From Lingula anatina (lineage: Eukaryota > Animalia > Brachiopoda): 64,000 nt of DNA. The first letter of the stretch is position 1, and every line of letters starts with the position of its first letter. The notes below the pieces were generated by a model, which was not told where the DNA came from, did no database searches, and saw only the letters and a program-made list of their open reading frames with translations. The stretch lies in the NCBI GenBank assembly GCA_051362555.1, contig CM120644.1:18932534-18996533 (forward strand). Reading direction: 5' to 3'. This document shows, piece by piece, positions 1-13,267 of this stretch. A program made the position numbers and the translations under genes.

Positions 1-397
1 CGTCAGGGGAAGTGTTAATCTGTTAATCTGATTGTATTCAGCAAGAATCCCCGTGGAGTGAGTTCGAACTAGCAAGCTCATTGTGAACACACCCTTTGTC
101 TTATTTTCAAACATAGAATTTGAAAATCACAACATAGTGAATTCTAGAAATGATATTCAAACAATATTTTATTCTCTGTAGTTCTATGCTCATCATCAAT
201 TAAAAACCTAGGTCTTGGATCCAACATAATCCCCTTGATCACAACCTAAAATATATAAGCATTGCCCTCAATAATTGTTGACACGTGTGTTTGAATTTAT
301 ACAGGCAACCCTATAGGCTACCGAGGGCACGTTGTCTCTATAATTACACGCCTGATGGACGCAGCAGTTGCCATTACGTTATATACAAGGTCCTAGT

Positions 398-460
398 AGA
401 CAACGAGAGGGTCCGAGTAGACAACGAGTTGGTCCGAGGAGACAATGAGTGGGTGAGCAT
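398..460. repeat. 21-bp tandem repeat, about 3 copies
   Basis: tagacaacgagagggtccgag / tagacaacgagttggtccgag / gagacaatgagtgggtgagc. Confidence 0.75.
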
Positions 461-1602
461 AGAAGCGGGTTGCGTGGCCGCGCCAAGGATTCCCTGGTAG
501 ACGTAATGACGGATGTCCAGGCGTTTAAGGCCAAAGTTGTAGGTCAACTGGAATCTGAGTTTGTGGGATATATTCTGGAATCCGAAGATCGTGTGAAAAA
601 AAGGAACAACTACAACAACGACTGAATGTAATGAGTGTGTTTCTCTTGCAGATTAAAATTGAAAAAACTTCATATGATAGTGCCTGGTATTTACCTTGCA
701 AATTCCGCCTTATTGCGGCAACTTTACGAGGCATAATTCATTTCTTAATCATATTTTGAATTTGTATAATTTTTGATGAAATCTTTGATTTATCTAATGT
801 CAATTTTTAACAACGCACTCTATTATCATACATTTATTTGAAATGATTTTAATATCTTAGTTTATATACTGTTATAATATTAATAATAACATATTAATAA
901 ATACTTATTCATGTATTTACTACAATTATTACTATTGCCAAAAGGTGCCATGAAAATTGAAAATTACAGATGACAAAAATTGTCTTCCTAAATGTTACTG
1001 GTTGAAAGACTTATAATTCCTCCTTATGCTGCTTATCATAAAAAGATAACCGAGGCCAGCGTTTTTGAGAAATAAATTTAAAAAGATGGCAGCCCCATTG
1101 AATTTGGATTTTACATTGGATACAGCAAAGGTCATCACAGATGCACGATTTCCCACATAATATCTCTTAATGTTATTTTTATCGTAGATTTACATGTTAA
1201 CTTAATTACTTGTGTCACTTAACCTACAAGTCATATTATGTAACATCTATTTCATGCCCAGTGTAACATCCAACAGTCAGTACCTCTGCTCATTTTCATA
1301 AAAATGCAACAATGACAAATACACTGTATATTGAGAGAATCTGACTAGTTTTATTTTATTGCATATTTTCAACAATTTGAATTGAAATTTAACTGATTAA
1401 CACATAGTTGAGGTAAATAACATAATGTAAATAAAATGTTTTCAAATAAGGGAGAGCAAAAATAATACGTATCATATTACTACAGTTACTGACAAGGCAA
1501 CCAGATGATGTCGTTTGTTGAGTGGATTGTTCCTTGTTATCAGCAATTTTTGCTTGTTTCTTTGTCGGAGATAAAAAAAAATCAAACCAGTTAAAAAATT
1601 AT

Positions 1603-1672
1603 TGCATCGGCCGGGAATCGAACCCGGCCGCCCGCGTGGCAGGCGAGCATTCTACCACTGAACCACCGATGC
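1603..1672 (-). tRNA. tRNA-Gly(GCC), copy A (1-nt deletion at variable loop/T-stem junction)
   Basis: Reverse complement GCATCGGTGGTTCAGTGGTAGAATGCTCGCCTGCCACGCGGGCGGCCGGGTTCGATTCCCGGCCGATGCA: cloverleaf, GCC anticodon, A and B boxes, followed by a T6 Pol III terminator; 70 nt rather than the usual 71. Confidence 0.92.
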
Positions 1673-2544
1673 TTGATGTCTCACTTCCTGCCCCCCCCCC
1701 CCCCCCCCTCATCCCGCCTCTCCCCCCATCCCCTTCAAACCGCAGTGTTCAACGGTTGTCAAAGCCTGGGTCCGGTTGGGCAACACTTTGAATATATCAC
1801 AAGATATTAAAGACTGAGTAACCAATGTTTCTTTTATTGTAACTATTAATAAACATATTTATTTCCGTGGAATGCAGTGATTTACATAATCACAGGTAGT
1901 CCTATCTCTGCCATGGCCACTCATAGATGTGCGTGATGACAATGATAACTGACACAGGTATTCTTGTTACGCGTTCAGTGTATTTTGAACACGGAACATG
2001 TATTACATACTTCCTTTAAACAAAAGATGTCCTAAGAGGCATTGTTTTTTATTATTATTTTATTTTAATTTTTGAAACTACTGCCGACTTTTCCAACACT
2101 GTCCCTTTGGCGCATTTATTAATTTCTAAATATGTGTTATTTAAAGGTAATTTAAAGAAATTGTTGCTCGACCCGTCCCTGTATTAAGATTCTATGTTAA
2201 ATCTAAAAAATATTATAATTTACCTCTAAATGAATGGCGAATGATTTACAAAACCATCTGCTTTCCTGGCTAGCACATGTAGGTCCTAATGCTCTTGTAT
2301 GAGTTTCAAGAAGTTTGCAAGTTTTTATTTATTTATTTTTTTTTTTCATTTATTTATAACCTTGGTCTCTTGAGGACCATCAGTCTAGTACTGGTACAAA
2401 TCTTAGAACTACTATAGTTACCACAACTATAGGGTTAATACAAAGAATAATTATAATAGTAATAATCGCAATCATAATCATCATCATAATAATAATAGTA
2501 CCTGTAGTAAATTAAATATATGAGTACTTGAATAAATAAACTAC

Positions 2545-3452
2545 TAAAATAAATCAAATTAAATCAAATTGAATCAAATGAGATCAGATTGGATCAAATT
2601 AGATCAAATTAGATTAGATCTCATGCCGAAGACTTCCTGCTTGGCTAAGATATCGTGCCAGGTTACATAATACTTTCTTACTTGGAAGAAATTCAGCAGG
2701 AGAACCAATTTGAACACCGAGGGTCTATTGCAGTAGAAAGGTTTGATGAACCTTTTTCTTAAATCTAAATAGCTTGAGCAACCCAGTATAAAGTGGAATT
2801 CGTCCTCCACATCACTGCAATAGGAACATTTTCTTTGTGAAATAGCGATTTTACTGTATCTGCCCGTTTCAATTGCAAGTTCATGGGATGATAATCTTTT
2901 TTTACTAATCATTTTTTTAAACTGGAGCGGGATTGATTTTGTAAGATAAGTTTGAGTAGTAACACGGTCGATGAGGTGTCAATATAGCCAGCACTTTCTC
3001 GAGTCGTTAATCTCTGACAATATAGCTTGTTGTTTAATATCCATTAGTTTTTGATATACTAGAGATACAATAATTTTATATCATAATTACTTGGATAGTG
3101 AAAAAAATCATTAAGACCAGTTTCTGTAAAAACATCATGAATCTTAGCAGGCCCGTAGCCAGGGGGGTTCGGGGGGTTCGAAAGAACCGCCCCTTTTGCT
3201 GGGAAAAGGTCCACTCTGGGTAAAATTTGATCTAGGTGCATTAAGTTTTTATGGGAAAAGGTCCACTTTTTCAGAAAAAGAACCCCCCTTTTGAAATTGC
3301 TGGCTAAGGGCCTGCTTAGAGAGCCAATTGCCACAGGATGGTTTAGTCCGGAATTCATACTCAAAATATTTAAGGCATTCTTTTAGAATGCAATTATTTG
3401 TGTTTCTCAGTTTAAGCCAGTATTTAACCATTCTTAATTTCCAATTGGTTAC
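2545..3452 (-). mobile_element. 5'-truncated CR1/L2-type LINE, C-terminus of ORF2 plus simple-repeat tail
   Basis: Translations RMVKYWLKL...NWLSK and RLSSHELAIETGRY...RKCSYCSDVEDEFHFILGC are typical post-RT C-terminal motifs; (GATCAAATTA)-like repeats at 2545-2620; absent from block B. Confidence 0.8.
3148..3314. mobile_element. Non-autonomous hAT-like MITE with 5-bp TSD, inserted in the LINE
   Basis: TIRs CAGGCCCGTAGCCA / TGGCTAAGGGCCTG; CTTAG on both flanks; LINE reading frame resumes across it. Confidence 0.85.
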
Positions 3453-4135
3453 CAGAGATCGCCAAGTCATGTTCAAGTAAAAAGTTTCCCATTTTGAGGG
3501 TTTGAAAGCTTTACCACGGCACTTGACAATAATTCCTTTACAGTTGTCATTGTGGCGCATCTTTAAGCTAATGATAAATAAATAAAGAATAAGTATAATA
3601 ATTAATGTTTCTTATTGCTGCTCATTACAAGGAGGGCACCTTAATATCTTGTTGTATTCTAAATTTTTCGAATATTTCATTGGTTCTCATTTTTAAACTA
3701 TTCTGTGTTATTTTACATGTAACATGTATCGGCGGTTTCTTTACGGAGTGTTTGGAGCATTAGGCCTACTAATTTAGGGAGGTTTTTCACTCTCTTTTTT
3801 TTTATCTTCAAATAGGCCTTGGCAAAATTAATAAATAACAATGCAGTTCTGAAAAAATTTACACAAATGTGCTTCGACAATGCAGAAGCGCGAAAGTCCG
3901 CTGAAAGGCAGGTGCAAGGTAAAAGCACAATCACGGTTGAGACAACAAGTCGTCCTTGGCTAACCTCGCGTCAGGTCCGATAATTTACGAGATTTAAACG
4001 AGGGTGGAGCATCTCGTGCTTGTCTCATTCAGTTAGCAGCCGTGCCTGGGTGTGGGTTATAGGAGAAGATAGGACAGAACGTACGGCAAAAACTTGGGTG
4101 TAGACGACAGTAGTACAACGTAAGTTTATGCACAT

Positions 4136-4155
4136 AGTACTTGTGGGGATAGTAC

Positions 4156-4194
<39 letters not shown>

Positions 4195-6070
4195 TTTTTT
4201 TTTTTTGAAAGAGAGAGAAATGAATCATCTAGGCAAAAATTCTCCTTGGATATGTCCTTCATGGTGTTTTCACGGCAGTTGAAAGGGATTTTTTTCTCTA
4301 GAACACCAGAACATGAACATGTGATAATGCACTTAAATGTTTTTTTTTTTTTTTTTTTTTTTTTGAAAGCAGTAAGCCTGACTTTGTTAAATGGGCCACA
4401 GAATGTTGAAGCCCAACATGGTCTGCCACATACACTCTTCCTGATGGGCACAGCTTTGGCGTGCATGGGTCTTCCTGAACAACTTGCCTGTACTGATCAT
4501 ACTAGTACACATTCTCCTCATCCTCTCTCCCCCACTCAACAGCAGGTACTTTAAAAGGCTGGTCTGATGGATTAAATATTTTCTGTAGCAGTGCATGTAG
4601 AGGACAGCTTGGAAACAATAGATGCAGTTATTCTGCCAGTCCTTATTTCATGCCATGTCGAGGATGAGGATTGAAACCTTGTTGTCTCTTCAACACTTTT
4701 AATTTCCTCAGGGGATATATATCATGTTTTGCATAAAGGTCATTACATAAATGTCATCAATCATATTGTCCTTGCTAAGGGTCGTGTATTGTTCCTTGTA
4801 GAGAGTTCTCTGTTTGTATTGAACCATGGTAACAGGGCCAAAATCTTCAGAATTTTCTTCTATGAGAGCCTCATTGTACTGGCTCCAAGCACTAAGTCCG
4901 ACTACAGCAGTTCCTAGATGTATAATTGACTGTAGAAATCTGTGCTGTTCCTCATAAAGTGGCTGGCCGCGGCATTTCCCTGTGGACTCTTGTGCTCCCC
5001 CTCAGCTTTTTCTTAGCCTCTTCACTGTATAGATGCAATGGGGGCTGGTTCAACATCCTTAACATAGCATTCATTCCACTGACATGGCAAATCAGTCCAG
5101 GCAGAGGGTGTGTAACCTAGTCTCACTGCGGCTTCCACTTTATACAGCACCGCTCTAATGTGTGAACACGTCTCCTCCAGTCTACAAAAGAAGAGAGCAA
5201 AAGTTCATAACTTGTACAGAATTTGGAATGTCATTTCAAAAGGCCTTAACTGTAAAGATTAAAATAGTGACTTAATTAAGAGTTGCATTTTCTCTTCAGA
5301 CAGAGGAAACTTATGGGCACTTGCTTAATCATCTAAAATTTATTTTCAATGTTTTAAAGGCTAAAAAGTGCAATGTATGGTTTTAACATTATGAGATTTA
5401 AACTACTTATATGTACAACAAGAATCACACCTGAAAATGATAATTACCCTGCCATTCAATTGCAGTGTGCAGTAATAACTTTGCCATCTTTGTTCAAGGC
5501 CACCCATGGGTGATGTGGTCCTCTGTCACACGCCATGAAGGTTTCTCATCTGCTTTAAGGATAAAATCCCCTCGACCAGTCTTGTAGTGATACACCATCT
5601 GTGCCCAGCCAGAGAAGAAAAAAATATATGCATCTGAAGACTTACAGTTTTCCATTGCTTCTGCGGAATATAGACCTGTCAACAAGATGAATAAAATATA
5701 TATATATAAAATTATGATTTAGTAGATCGAAAATTGTAAAGGTCTTCCATTGCTTGAATAAATATAACCTGGTTTAATTATTTAACTAAATAAGACTAGA
5801 CACTAACATATTCTATTAACACTTGGAAAATAAAGGGCAGGCAAAGGACGTTTTCATAAAGACACGTTCAGCTTATTCAGCTTATATGAAACAACAATGG
5901 AAATCTCTATATTTACCCAAAGATTTTTCTTATGGGGAGATTTGATCAAATAATGATATATATCTCCATAATATGTAGCTGGGCACTCCTTCATATCATT
6001 ATTCCACTTGTCAGCAGGTTCTTTGAAGGGGCACTGATCAATCCCAACCAGGTTTAACTTCATCAGCTTT
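4136..6070 (-). pseudogene. Degenerate spliced SWIM-zinc-finger + YqaJ-type nuclease gene (ISL2EU/Harbinger-type accessory gene)
   Basis: Exons encode KLNLVGIDQCPF..YGDIYHYLIKSP; HPWVALNKDGKVITAHCN*MAG|LEETCSHIRAVLYKVEAAVRLG (SWIM); IRTGRITAS and AVEWGREDEE (YqaJ); multiple stops and frameshifts. Confidence 0.8.
4157..4206. repeat. (TG)n microsatellite plus poly-T
   Basis: Directly visible. Confidence 0.95.
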
Positions 6071-6365
6071 TCTGTCCTGATTTCATATCATGTTTTTGTG
6101 TCATGATGTGCATGATTTGTGGCAATATTGCGGTCTTTATAGATAAGATTAGGTCACTATGTCTTTTTTTATATAAGTGTAAGTTTAATGGAAAAATGGC
6201 ATTTTTAACACTAGTATATGACTTCTTCAAGTAAAAACATCTTCTGTGACAGTGTTTTACTGTGTTAGTGCAGATGAGGTAGCTAGAACACCTCTAATGC
6301 ATTCTACATTTGCATGTAAGTGCAGATAGTCAAGATCGCCTCTAATGCAATCTATATTTGCAAAA

Positions 6366-6740
6366 GTGAACAGTTAGTTGTTGGAGGGTCAGAGGTCCAG
6401 CTAGATGAGATGACAGGTACCTGGACTTCATGTTGTCTACCTGACACTGTGTGAACAGTTAGTTGTTGGAGAGTCAGAGGTCTAGGTAGATGAGATGACA
6501 GGTACCTGGACTTCATGTTGTCTATCTGACACTGTGTGAACAGTTAGTTGTTGGAAGGTCAGAGGTCCAGCTAGATGAGATGACAGATACCTGGACATCA
6601 TGCTGTCTACCTGACACCATGTGAACAGTTGTTGGAAGGTCAGAGGTCCAGTTAGATGAGATGACAGATACCTGGACATCATGCTGTCTTCCTGGCACTG
6701 TTAGTTGTTGGAGAGTTCCAGGTAGATGAGATGACAGGTA
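6366..6740. repeat. ~85-bp minisatellite, about 4.5 copies, with an extra partial unit at ~7585-7625
   Basis: Unit gtgaacagttagttgttgga..gtcagaggtccagctagatgagatgacag.tacctggac.tcatg.tgtctacctgacactgt starting near 6366, 6451, 6535, 6621 and 6699. Confidence 0.9.
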
Positions 6741-7333
6741 TGTTGTGATTTCACATTGGTTTCAGCCTCCCTTGGGACTCTAAGACGTCTGTCCTCCTCA
6801 GTGGAGTCTAGACTGGAGTTGGGATCGATATTATTTGATCCCACACCAAGTTCAGCCTCATCCAGTTGCGTTTCCACCTCCATAGGCTGAACCAAGCCAC
6901 TCCCATCAACCACCTGGGTAATGTTTGGGTCTTTCCCAAGCCTGAAATCATATGTCTTCTGTCCTTCAGACTCCACGGAGGGAGCAGACTTCAAGACTCA
7001 CACAGGTGGTGTATAATTCTTGGGAAGGCACCAAACATTTTTCTCAATTCAGTGTTTAGACACAAGCCCCCTGGATTGTAATTGGTAGGCCACCTGCTGC
7101 AACCATGACAGAGACATGACATACCTACCTGGGGCAGTAAGCTCCTCTTTATAGATGGTAGGCATCCCTGCCATCAATGTTTTGAAATATAGGCTTTGAT
7201 CTTTTCCAGGCAGAGCCTGGGACAAATGTTGGATAAATTGGGCACCAGGGACATCTATTGGAGACCCATGTTGTAATCTTAGTGAATTTTCCTTCACAAC
7301 AGGTGCTGCTTCTGTGATGGTATTGGCCATATC
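6701..7333 (-). pseudogene. Disrupted coding exon of unknown function that runs into the minisatellite
   Basis: ORFs 7049-7330 and 6701-6994 lie in one frame separated by in-frame stops; splice acceptor (attacag) just upstream; protein-like composition but no recognised domain. Confidence 0.45.
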
Positions 7334-8427
7334 TGTAATAACAATAAAAAATGATGATTAGATTTAACAATGTGCACATTTGTATTTATCAATGTTAACA
7401 AATTGACACAAGTCCGTGATACCATTCATGACAATAGTCACACTGAATCATAAATCTTGCCCTGGTAAGGCTCCCTGCAAATACAGTATGGTGTCAAATC
7501 TTCTTCTTCACTGTCTATCAATTGCTGAAATTGTTGATCAGAAGTTACATATGCTGTAATCCATGAGGGTACATTTCTGTCCCTACAGGTACATGGACTT
7601 CATGCTGTCTACCTGACACTGTGTGTAAGCTGAAAATTCTGGTGCAAATTGCACTCTGATGAAGTTGCCACATAATAGGTAACTTTGTTGTAATGTATCA
7701 TTATCTTAGGCTATGTAAGAAACAAATATATAGCATATTGTTGATAGGTCACAAATAGAATTTTTTTTCAAATTGGTTTGTCTTTGTTGAGCAGTTATTT
7801 CCCACCCCTTACCAGGTACAGTGTTAGTGATGGCCATATTATTTGATAGACACTGATACTGCAGTTGTTGTCAGTTATATGAACTTTGATTCAGAAAACT
7901 AAAACAGGGGAAAAAAGAAGGTTATTGGTGGTAATTGGCAGCTAGTGCTTTTGGTGACATCTGCAGTAATTTTAGTCCCAAAGGGCTGTTTTTTTTTTTT
8001 GTTTTTTTTTTTTTTAATTCCATTCTGGTGATTCCTAAGATTGGTCAAGATTAAATGTTGGGTCCCATGATAAATGTTCAGAGTTTTTTTTTTAAACCTA
8101 GGCTCATGTCTGAAGATTCTATGTTCTGATAGTTCTGCTGTAGACTTGGTATAGGTATGCCTGTTAATGTAGCCATTTTTGTATACACTAGCATTTAAAT
8201 TCATTTCCTTTAAATTACAAAACTCTAGGTAGGGATGATATGTTGATTATACTGTTCTTAATTTTGTTTAAAAAACCTGAGGTCAAAGATGGAATGCCTG
8301 TACTGTAGGGTTCATTTCAGATGGTTTTATTTGAAAAGGCAGTTTCTTAACTGGCCTGAACCTGTCACATTGCCAGGTATCACATTGTTAGGTGTCACAT
8401 TTCATATTCCTTCATAAAGCTATCAGA

Positions 8428-8532
8428 TGTCACTGTCAGGTGTCACTGTCAGATGCCACTGTGTCAGGTGTCACTGTGTCAGGTGTCACTGTGTCATATG
8501 CCACTGTGTCAGGTGTCACTGTATCAGGTGTC
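8428..8532. repeat. 15-bp tandem repeat (tgtcactgtgtcagg)n
   Basis: About 6-7 degenerate copies visible. Confidence 0.9.
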
Positions 8533-8590
8533 TGTCTTGATAATGTCTATTTCTTCATAAGTAGGTGTAATCTTCTGTCTCTTTTTCCAG

Positions 8591-9620
8591 CATCACTATT
8601 TATACGACATGGTGGCTTCCGAGAGAACTGATTCGCAGGCTGGCTGCATGAAATGGAAGGGTAGGCACACCATCAGGAGCATCCCTTTCTCTTACCCTCG
8701 TGTACAAAACATGGAATGTGGCAAGATTTATGATAAATGGAATGTGACAAGCCAAAAATGGGGAACCATGGTAACAGGTAATTACATGGCCTCCTTCCCT
8801 TTCTCCATGAAGAAAAACTCGCCAGTTATCACCCCTTGTGTTTTTTTTTTTTTTTTTTTTGGGGGGGGGGGGGGTTAAGTAATTTTTGTCTTGTTGACTA
8901 GTTACTGTACTTTCTCTACTTCCCTCACATGACATCACAAAAGTGCACTTCAAGTAGTTACAGCCAACTGATGTGCCTAATATAGCTTAATAGATACAGG
9001 TATTTTATATTAAAATATTTTATTTTAAAATATTGTTCCTGTTTTTTTTACTGCTGTAAGGATTAACATGTACAAGCATCACAAATATTGAAACAGATTT
9101 GGCAAAGTTAATATTGTTTTTATTTCTTTCAGTCTGGAAATAGTGCCAGTCTCAAAAGTAATTGCTGTCACCAGTCTCCCCCACAATGTAAGTACATTTG
9201 AATTTCTTTCATAGTCCAGTGACCAAATTAGCTGGGACACTTGCCAGCTAGTACACCATGATTTGTAATTTTGCTTACAATCGATTTCATCAGTTATAAA
9301 GGGATAACAACTGTTCCTTTTGGTAAAAAAAAAACAGATTTTCCTGGGACGAACAACAAGTTTCCCATATTTATACCCATTGTTAATTAATCCATTCCTA
9401 CATTAATTTCTATGAGTTGTTTCAGTGAATTTGTTGTAAAAAATAATCTTATAAGAACAGTTGTTATCCCTTTAAGATAAAATGTGTATCCCGTCACAAA
9501 CCCACTGTTCCCAGTCAGCCACTTGTGGTCATGAAGATGTCTGGAGATGTCACCAGAACACTCCCAGTATGGCTTTAACTCCATACAAACTTCCCCTGGT
9601 ACCAATTAATGAGGGGTTCA
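8591..9620 (+). pseudogene. Exon-like segments of an unidentified gene in the duplicated block (8591-8776, 9133-9187, ~9478-9620)
   Basis: ttttccag acceptor and cag/gtaatt donor; tttcag...gtaagt; conserved in copy B (45647-45724, 57261-57315, ~57600-57730) and a diverged paralog at 17819-18004. Confidence 0.5.
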
Positions 9621-9789
9621 CTGTAGTTGATGTTTTCAAGACATTTGTTTGCAAATATTACATGTATGCATAATCAACCATGTAATTATCATTATATATA
9701 TTCCTGTTAGCAATAACCTTATAAATTAGTAGCTATTAACCTACATGTATTAGCTATAACCTACTTATAAGCATCATTTGTAACTGATA

Positions 9790-12050
9790 GAGGATACCAG
9801 GAGAGGCATCATTTTTCACACTGTTAATAGTTTCCTTACATTCTTCACTAGTTATATCCCCCTCACAATGCTCTTTATCTGTAGAAGATAATATAGGTAC
9901 ATCTTGTAAGAAGTCTTCAAGATTTGCAGATCTAAATATAATCTTTTTAGAATATAGCATGCCATAATACTTATTTATCATCTGTTGACTTTTTGTTTGT
10001 TCAGTTATAACTCTGTTTTCTGATGATTAAAGGGCAATTATACACTTGTTTTTTGCTCTTGTATTCTCAAGATTAAAAAAATACTTAGTACTACTTTTTT
10101 CATACCATTGGACTTTATCTTATTATTGCTATCTATCAGTTTTCGCAAGGAATTCATGTTTCACTTATCATTTTTTTACCTTGTTTCTATATTCTTTCAT
10201 TGTAGGATCAGTACAGCTAGTATAGCTTGCAAGCTTCATTAAATTTCATATGTGCCTCTTTTACATTATTCCTCTTTTTGTGAAGCCAGTTTTTTTGCCA
10301 AATTTAACGGAAAAGTCGTTTACTTGCACCTTAATGTAATCCCATAAACTCTGTTGATAATACATTAGTTTTGGATACCTTTTCTATAACATTATTGATC
10401 CAGTTATTCTTTTTTTAAAGAAACTGTTATTTAACTTCCAGAAACACCTTTGCTATTTTTGTTAAATGACAAAATTAGGATTGTTCCTCTATGATCAGAA
10501 CCTTTGCTATTTTTGTTAAATGACACATTTAGGGTTGCTCTTCTCTGATCAGATGTCCACCATATTAAAGTGTGTTATACTATTTAACATTGTTTGATTA
10601 ACAAATATACAGTGTATACACCTTGCAATGTCCTTGGTCTTATGCAACCATGTATAAATTTTTTCATCCATATTGAAAAACCTCCACACATCTAATAGAT
10701 TATTATTTTTCAACCAAGACTGAAAGGATTTAATATCAGTTGTTGGGTGATTTTCTCCTGAAAGTGTGTCTTGATCAGGTACCAAACAACACCTCCAATC
10801 AAAATGTTTATGATTACAGGCCTCAACATAAATTTTTAACCAGGTTGCCCCAGGGCAACCCGCCACATTTTTTACTTGCCCATTATTACGGAAAATTTTG
10901 AACCACTTGATATGCAAATTTGTATCATTACATTTTTCTGATGTATAAAAAAATCAAATGTGTTAATTTTGTCATCTTTGAGTTTTTATTTTTTCTAAAT
11001 CCATGAACAAGTGGATTGGCAATCCTGACAGTGGTACCTGTCACAATGAGTCTGACAGGTTAATTTTCAAATTTGGGCCTCCTTGACCTTTGTGACCACA
11101 GGTGCAGAGCTGTTTGTTGAATTTCTCTAATGATGGCCCGTCAATAGAAACATTGAGCAGATCTGATGCAGTGTTGGTTTTCAAACTTGACTTCCAGTCT
11201 GATTTGATGAGCTTCAAAGCTGAAAATCCCCTTTCACACACAGCTGAAGAGAGCGGTATAGTTAACAATATGTCAACCAGGTGGAGGACATTGTTGTATG
11301 TTTCTCGTTGGACATATAGATTTGTTATTGTTACCTTTGTCAGTGTCCTTTAACCCAGGAAACATACTCCCCCATGCCGCCACCCATCCACGCTTTCTTT
11401 TTACTTCGTATTTTTTCTGTGACAAAGGGTCTGGTGGCGATCTTTTAGTGGGTGACGATCTTTTAGAAAAAAACTTCGTCAAGGACGACTGCGCCATTTT
11501 GTCGTCGTGAATGTACGCAAAAACTAAGTATGCAAAACAAAATAAAATAACATTTTTATTGAGTATTAACCAAATCCAATATATACAAAGAGTATTAAGT
11601 CAATACAATATAAGGTTTATTCAAAAGTAAAAATAGAGAAAGTTTATATCGACCACGCTAGAAACTTCCCTTCGCTTAGGAATACGCTAACCTTTATAGC
11701 ATGAACTATTTGAATACATTATATTGCACTTGGCGCATCTGACGCAATCGTGCAACGCTTTGTTTGTTGACAAAAAGCAAGTGTTGCAGTTTATGAGTGC
11801 GTCGTAACTTTATCGTGCAAAAGGGAAAAACACGTGAAAAGTTTCAATATTTTAACATTAGATGTAACACTGCACTGCCGATAGGAAAAAAATCACTTGT
11901 CCGTCGGGCAACTGGACGTAAAATTTACTTGCCCGACGGCAGATTTTAGTTGCCCCGGGCAATCGGACAACTGTTTGTGTTGAGCCCTGACTTATTCGTT
12001 TTCGTAGATGTTATTGCCCCGAACATTGGAAAGGGGTTAGCAATTTTAAA
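9790..12050 (-). mobile_element. Degenerate L1/Tx1-clade LINE ORF2 (APE endonuclease to pre-RT region), interrupted by a hAT element
   Basis: NVRG-like motif near 12020; LLDVWRFFNMDEKIYTW; SDH motif (within a 54-bp tandem duplication at ~10446-10553); FWKLNNSF; WYEKSSTKYFFNLE; CEGDITSEECKETINSVKNDASPG. Confidence 0.82.
10817..11989 (-). mobile_element. Internally deleted hAT (ZNF862-like) transposon
   Basis: Imperfect TIRs CAGGCCTCAACATA / TGTGTTGAGCCCTG with subterminal TTGCCC motifs; N-terminal ORF 11273-11497 joined to the hAT dimerisation domain LTIPLSSAVCERGFSALKLIKSDWKSSL (11041-11268); no TSD retained. Confidence 0.85.
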
Positions 12051-13267
12051 AATTTGACAAGGCGTCTTTTAGAGTGTATCCATTGATTTTTAGCAGCTTA
12101 CACGTCATGTTGTAGACAGCAAAATTGATACCTATATAAATCTTAGTAACTGCATTGTTGCGTGGCCATGAGCTATGCTGGTTATATTAATATCGTTAAA
12201 GGTTGTCAGCACACCACCACATTCAACACTTAATATAATAATTTAATTTCTAATAATTTAAATCTTTTTTGGAGCTGATGTGCCCCCTGTTTAATGCAGT
12301 GTTTCTACTTGACATGGTCGCTGCGGTCTCTATATTCATCACATCAGAAACGTGATGAAACAGGAATGATTTCAGAACTTTACAGATCTTTTTTAATTTA
12401 AATTGTTCTTAATGAATTGCCTTGGTATACGATGATGTGCAGGAGAAATTAAGACACGATTATCGTGTTGAGATGAACCTTAAATGAAGATTTTGAATAT
12501 GGTGCACATAGTATACAGGACTTAGCCAAGGTGAACATATTTAAGCGTTGTAAATAAGGGGGACGTGTTCCGAGTTGTATGTGAGCTTCATTGACAAAAT
12601 TTACGATCTCTCTCTCTCTCTTTTGCTGATTACGCCTACCTATCTACAGTATAAACTGTTAAAAGGCGGAACGAAACATGTGCATAGTAGATCAGAGGGA
12701 TCCCCTCAGGTTGCAAGCCCTTGCATTGCCTGATTAATAACACAAGCGACATTTAAGCTCTAATCCCAATAAAGGATTCGTGAAGTTAAAATGAAAAAAG
12801 TCCACTGCAAACGGTGGTAAAGTTTGAATTTTTGAAATGTGCCGCTCACCTTACGGTTGTGTTACAAGCCTTCTGACACACCGCATTGGATGATTAAGTG
12901 TTAATGGGTTCGGTAATGTCACATTACCTTTATCATTAAATAGATATTGTGAGATTACCCATACCTACGTTACAGCTAAACTACCTACGTTACGGCAAAA
13001 CAGGCAAATACACATACATCAAACACAAAACAGCACAATACATCAAACACAATACAAACAACAAAAAAACTTTCAAAACATATTTACAAAATATACAAAA
13101 TTATTTAAAACAATTTAACAAAATATACAAAATTATTCAAAACATATTTACATTGAAAAATGTTAAATATGAACAAACAAAATATTTAAACAATTCGGAA
13201 ATCATAAATAGTTATATACATATTTACAAAAGCCTTACTTTCAAACTTTATAATTTATCTAATTACA

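Larger units (their letters stand above)
1411..9700 (+). repeat. Duplicated block, copy A (homologous pieces ~1411-2285, 3454-4135, 6113-6160, 8703-9700), interrupted by TEs
   Basis: Colinear near-identical segments at ~42760-43597, 44243-44947, 45130-45180, 45647-45930 and 57165-57840. Confidence 0.9.

Noticed and set aside
1522-1791. ORFs overlapping the tRNA genes (also 42932-43114)
   Set aside because: Spurious translation of antisense tRNA and poly-C sequence
10809-11997. Target-site duplication for the hAT element at 10817-11989
   Set aside because: Flanks (tatgatta / acttattc) do not match at 5, 6 or 8 bp; adjacent LINE sequence appears deleted
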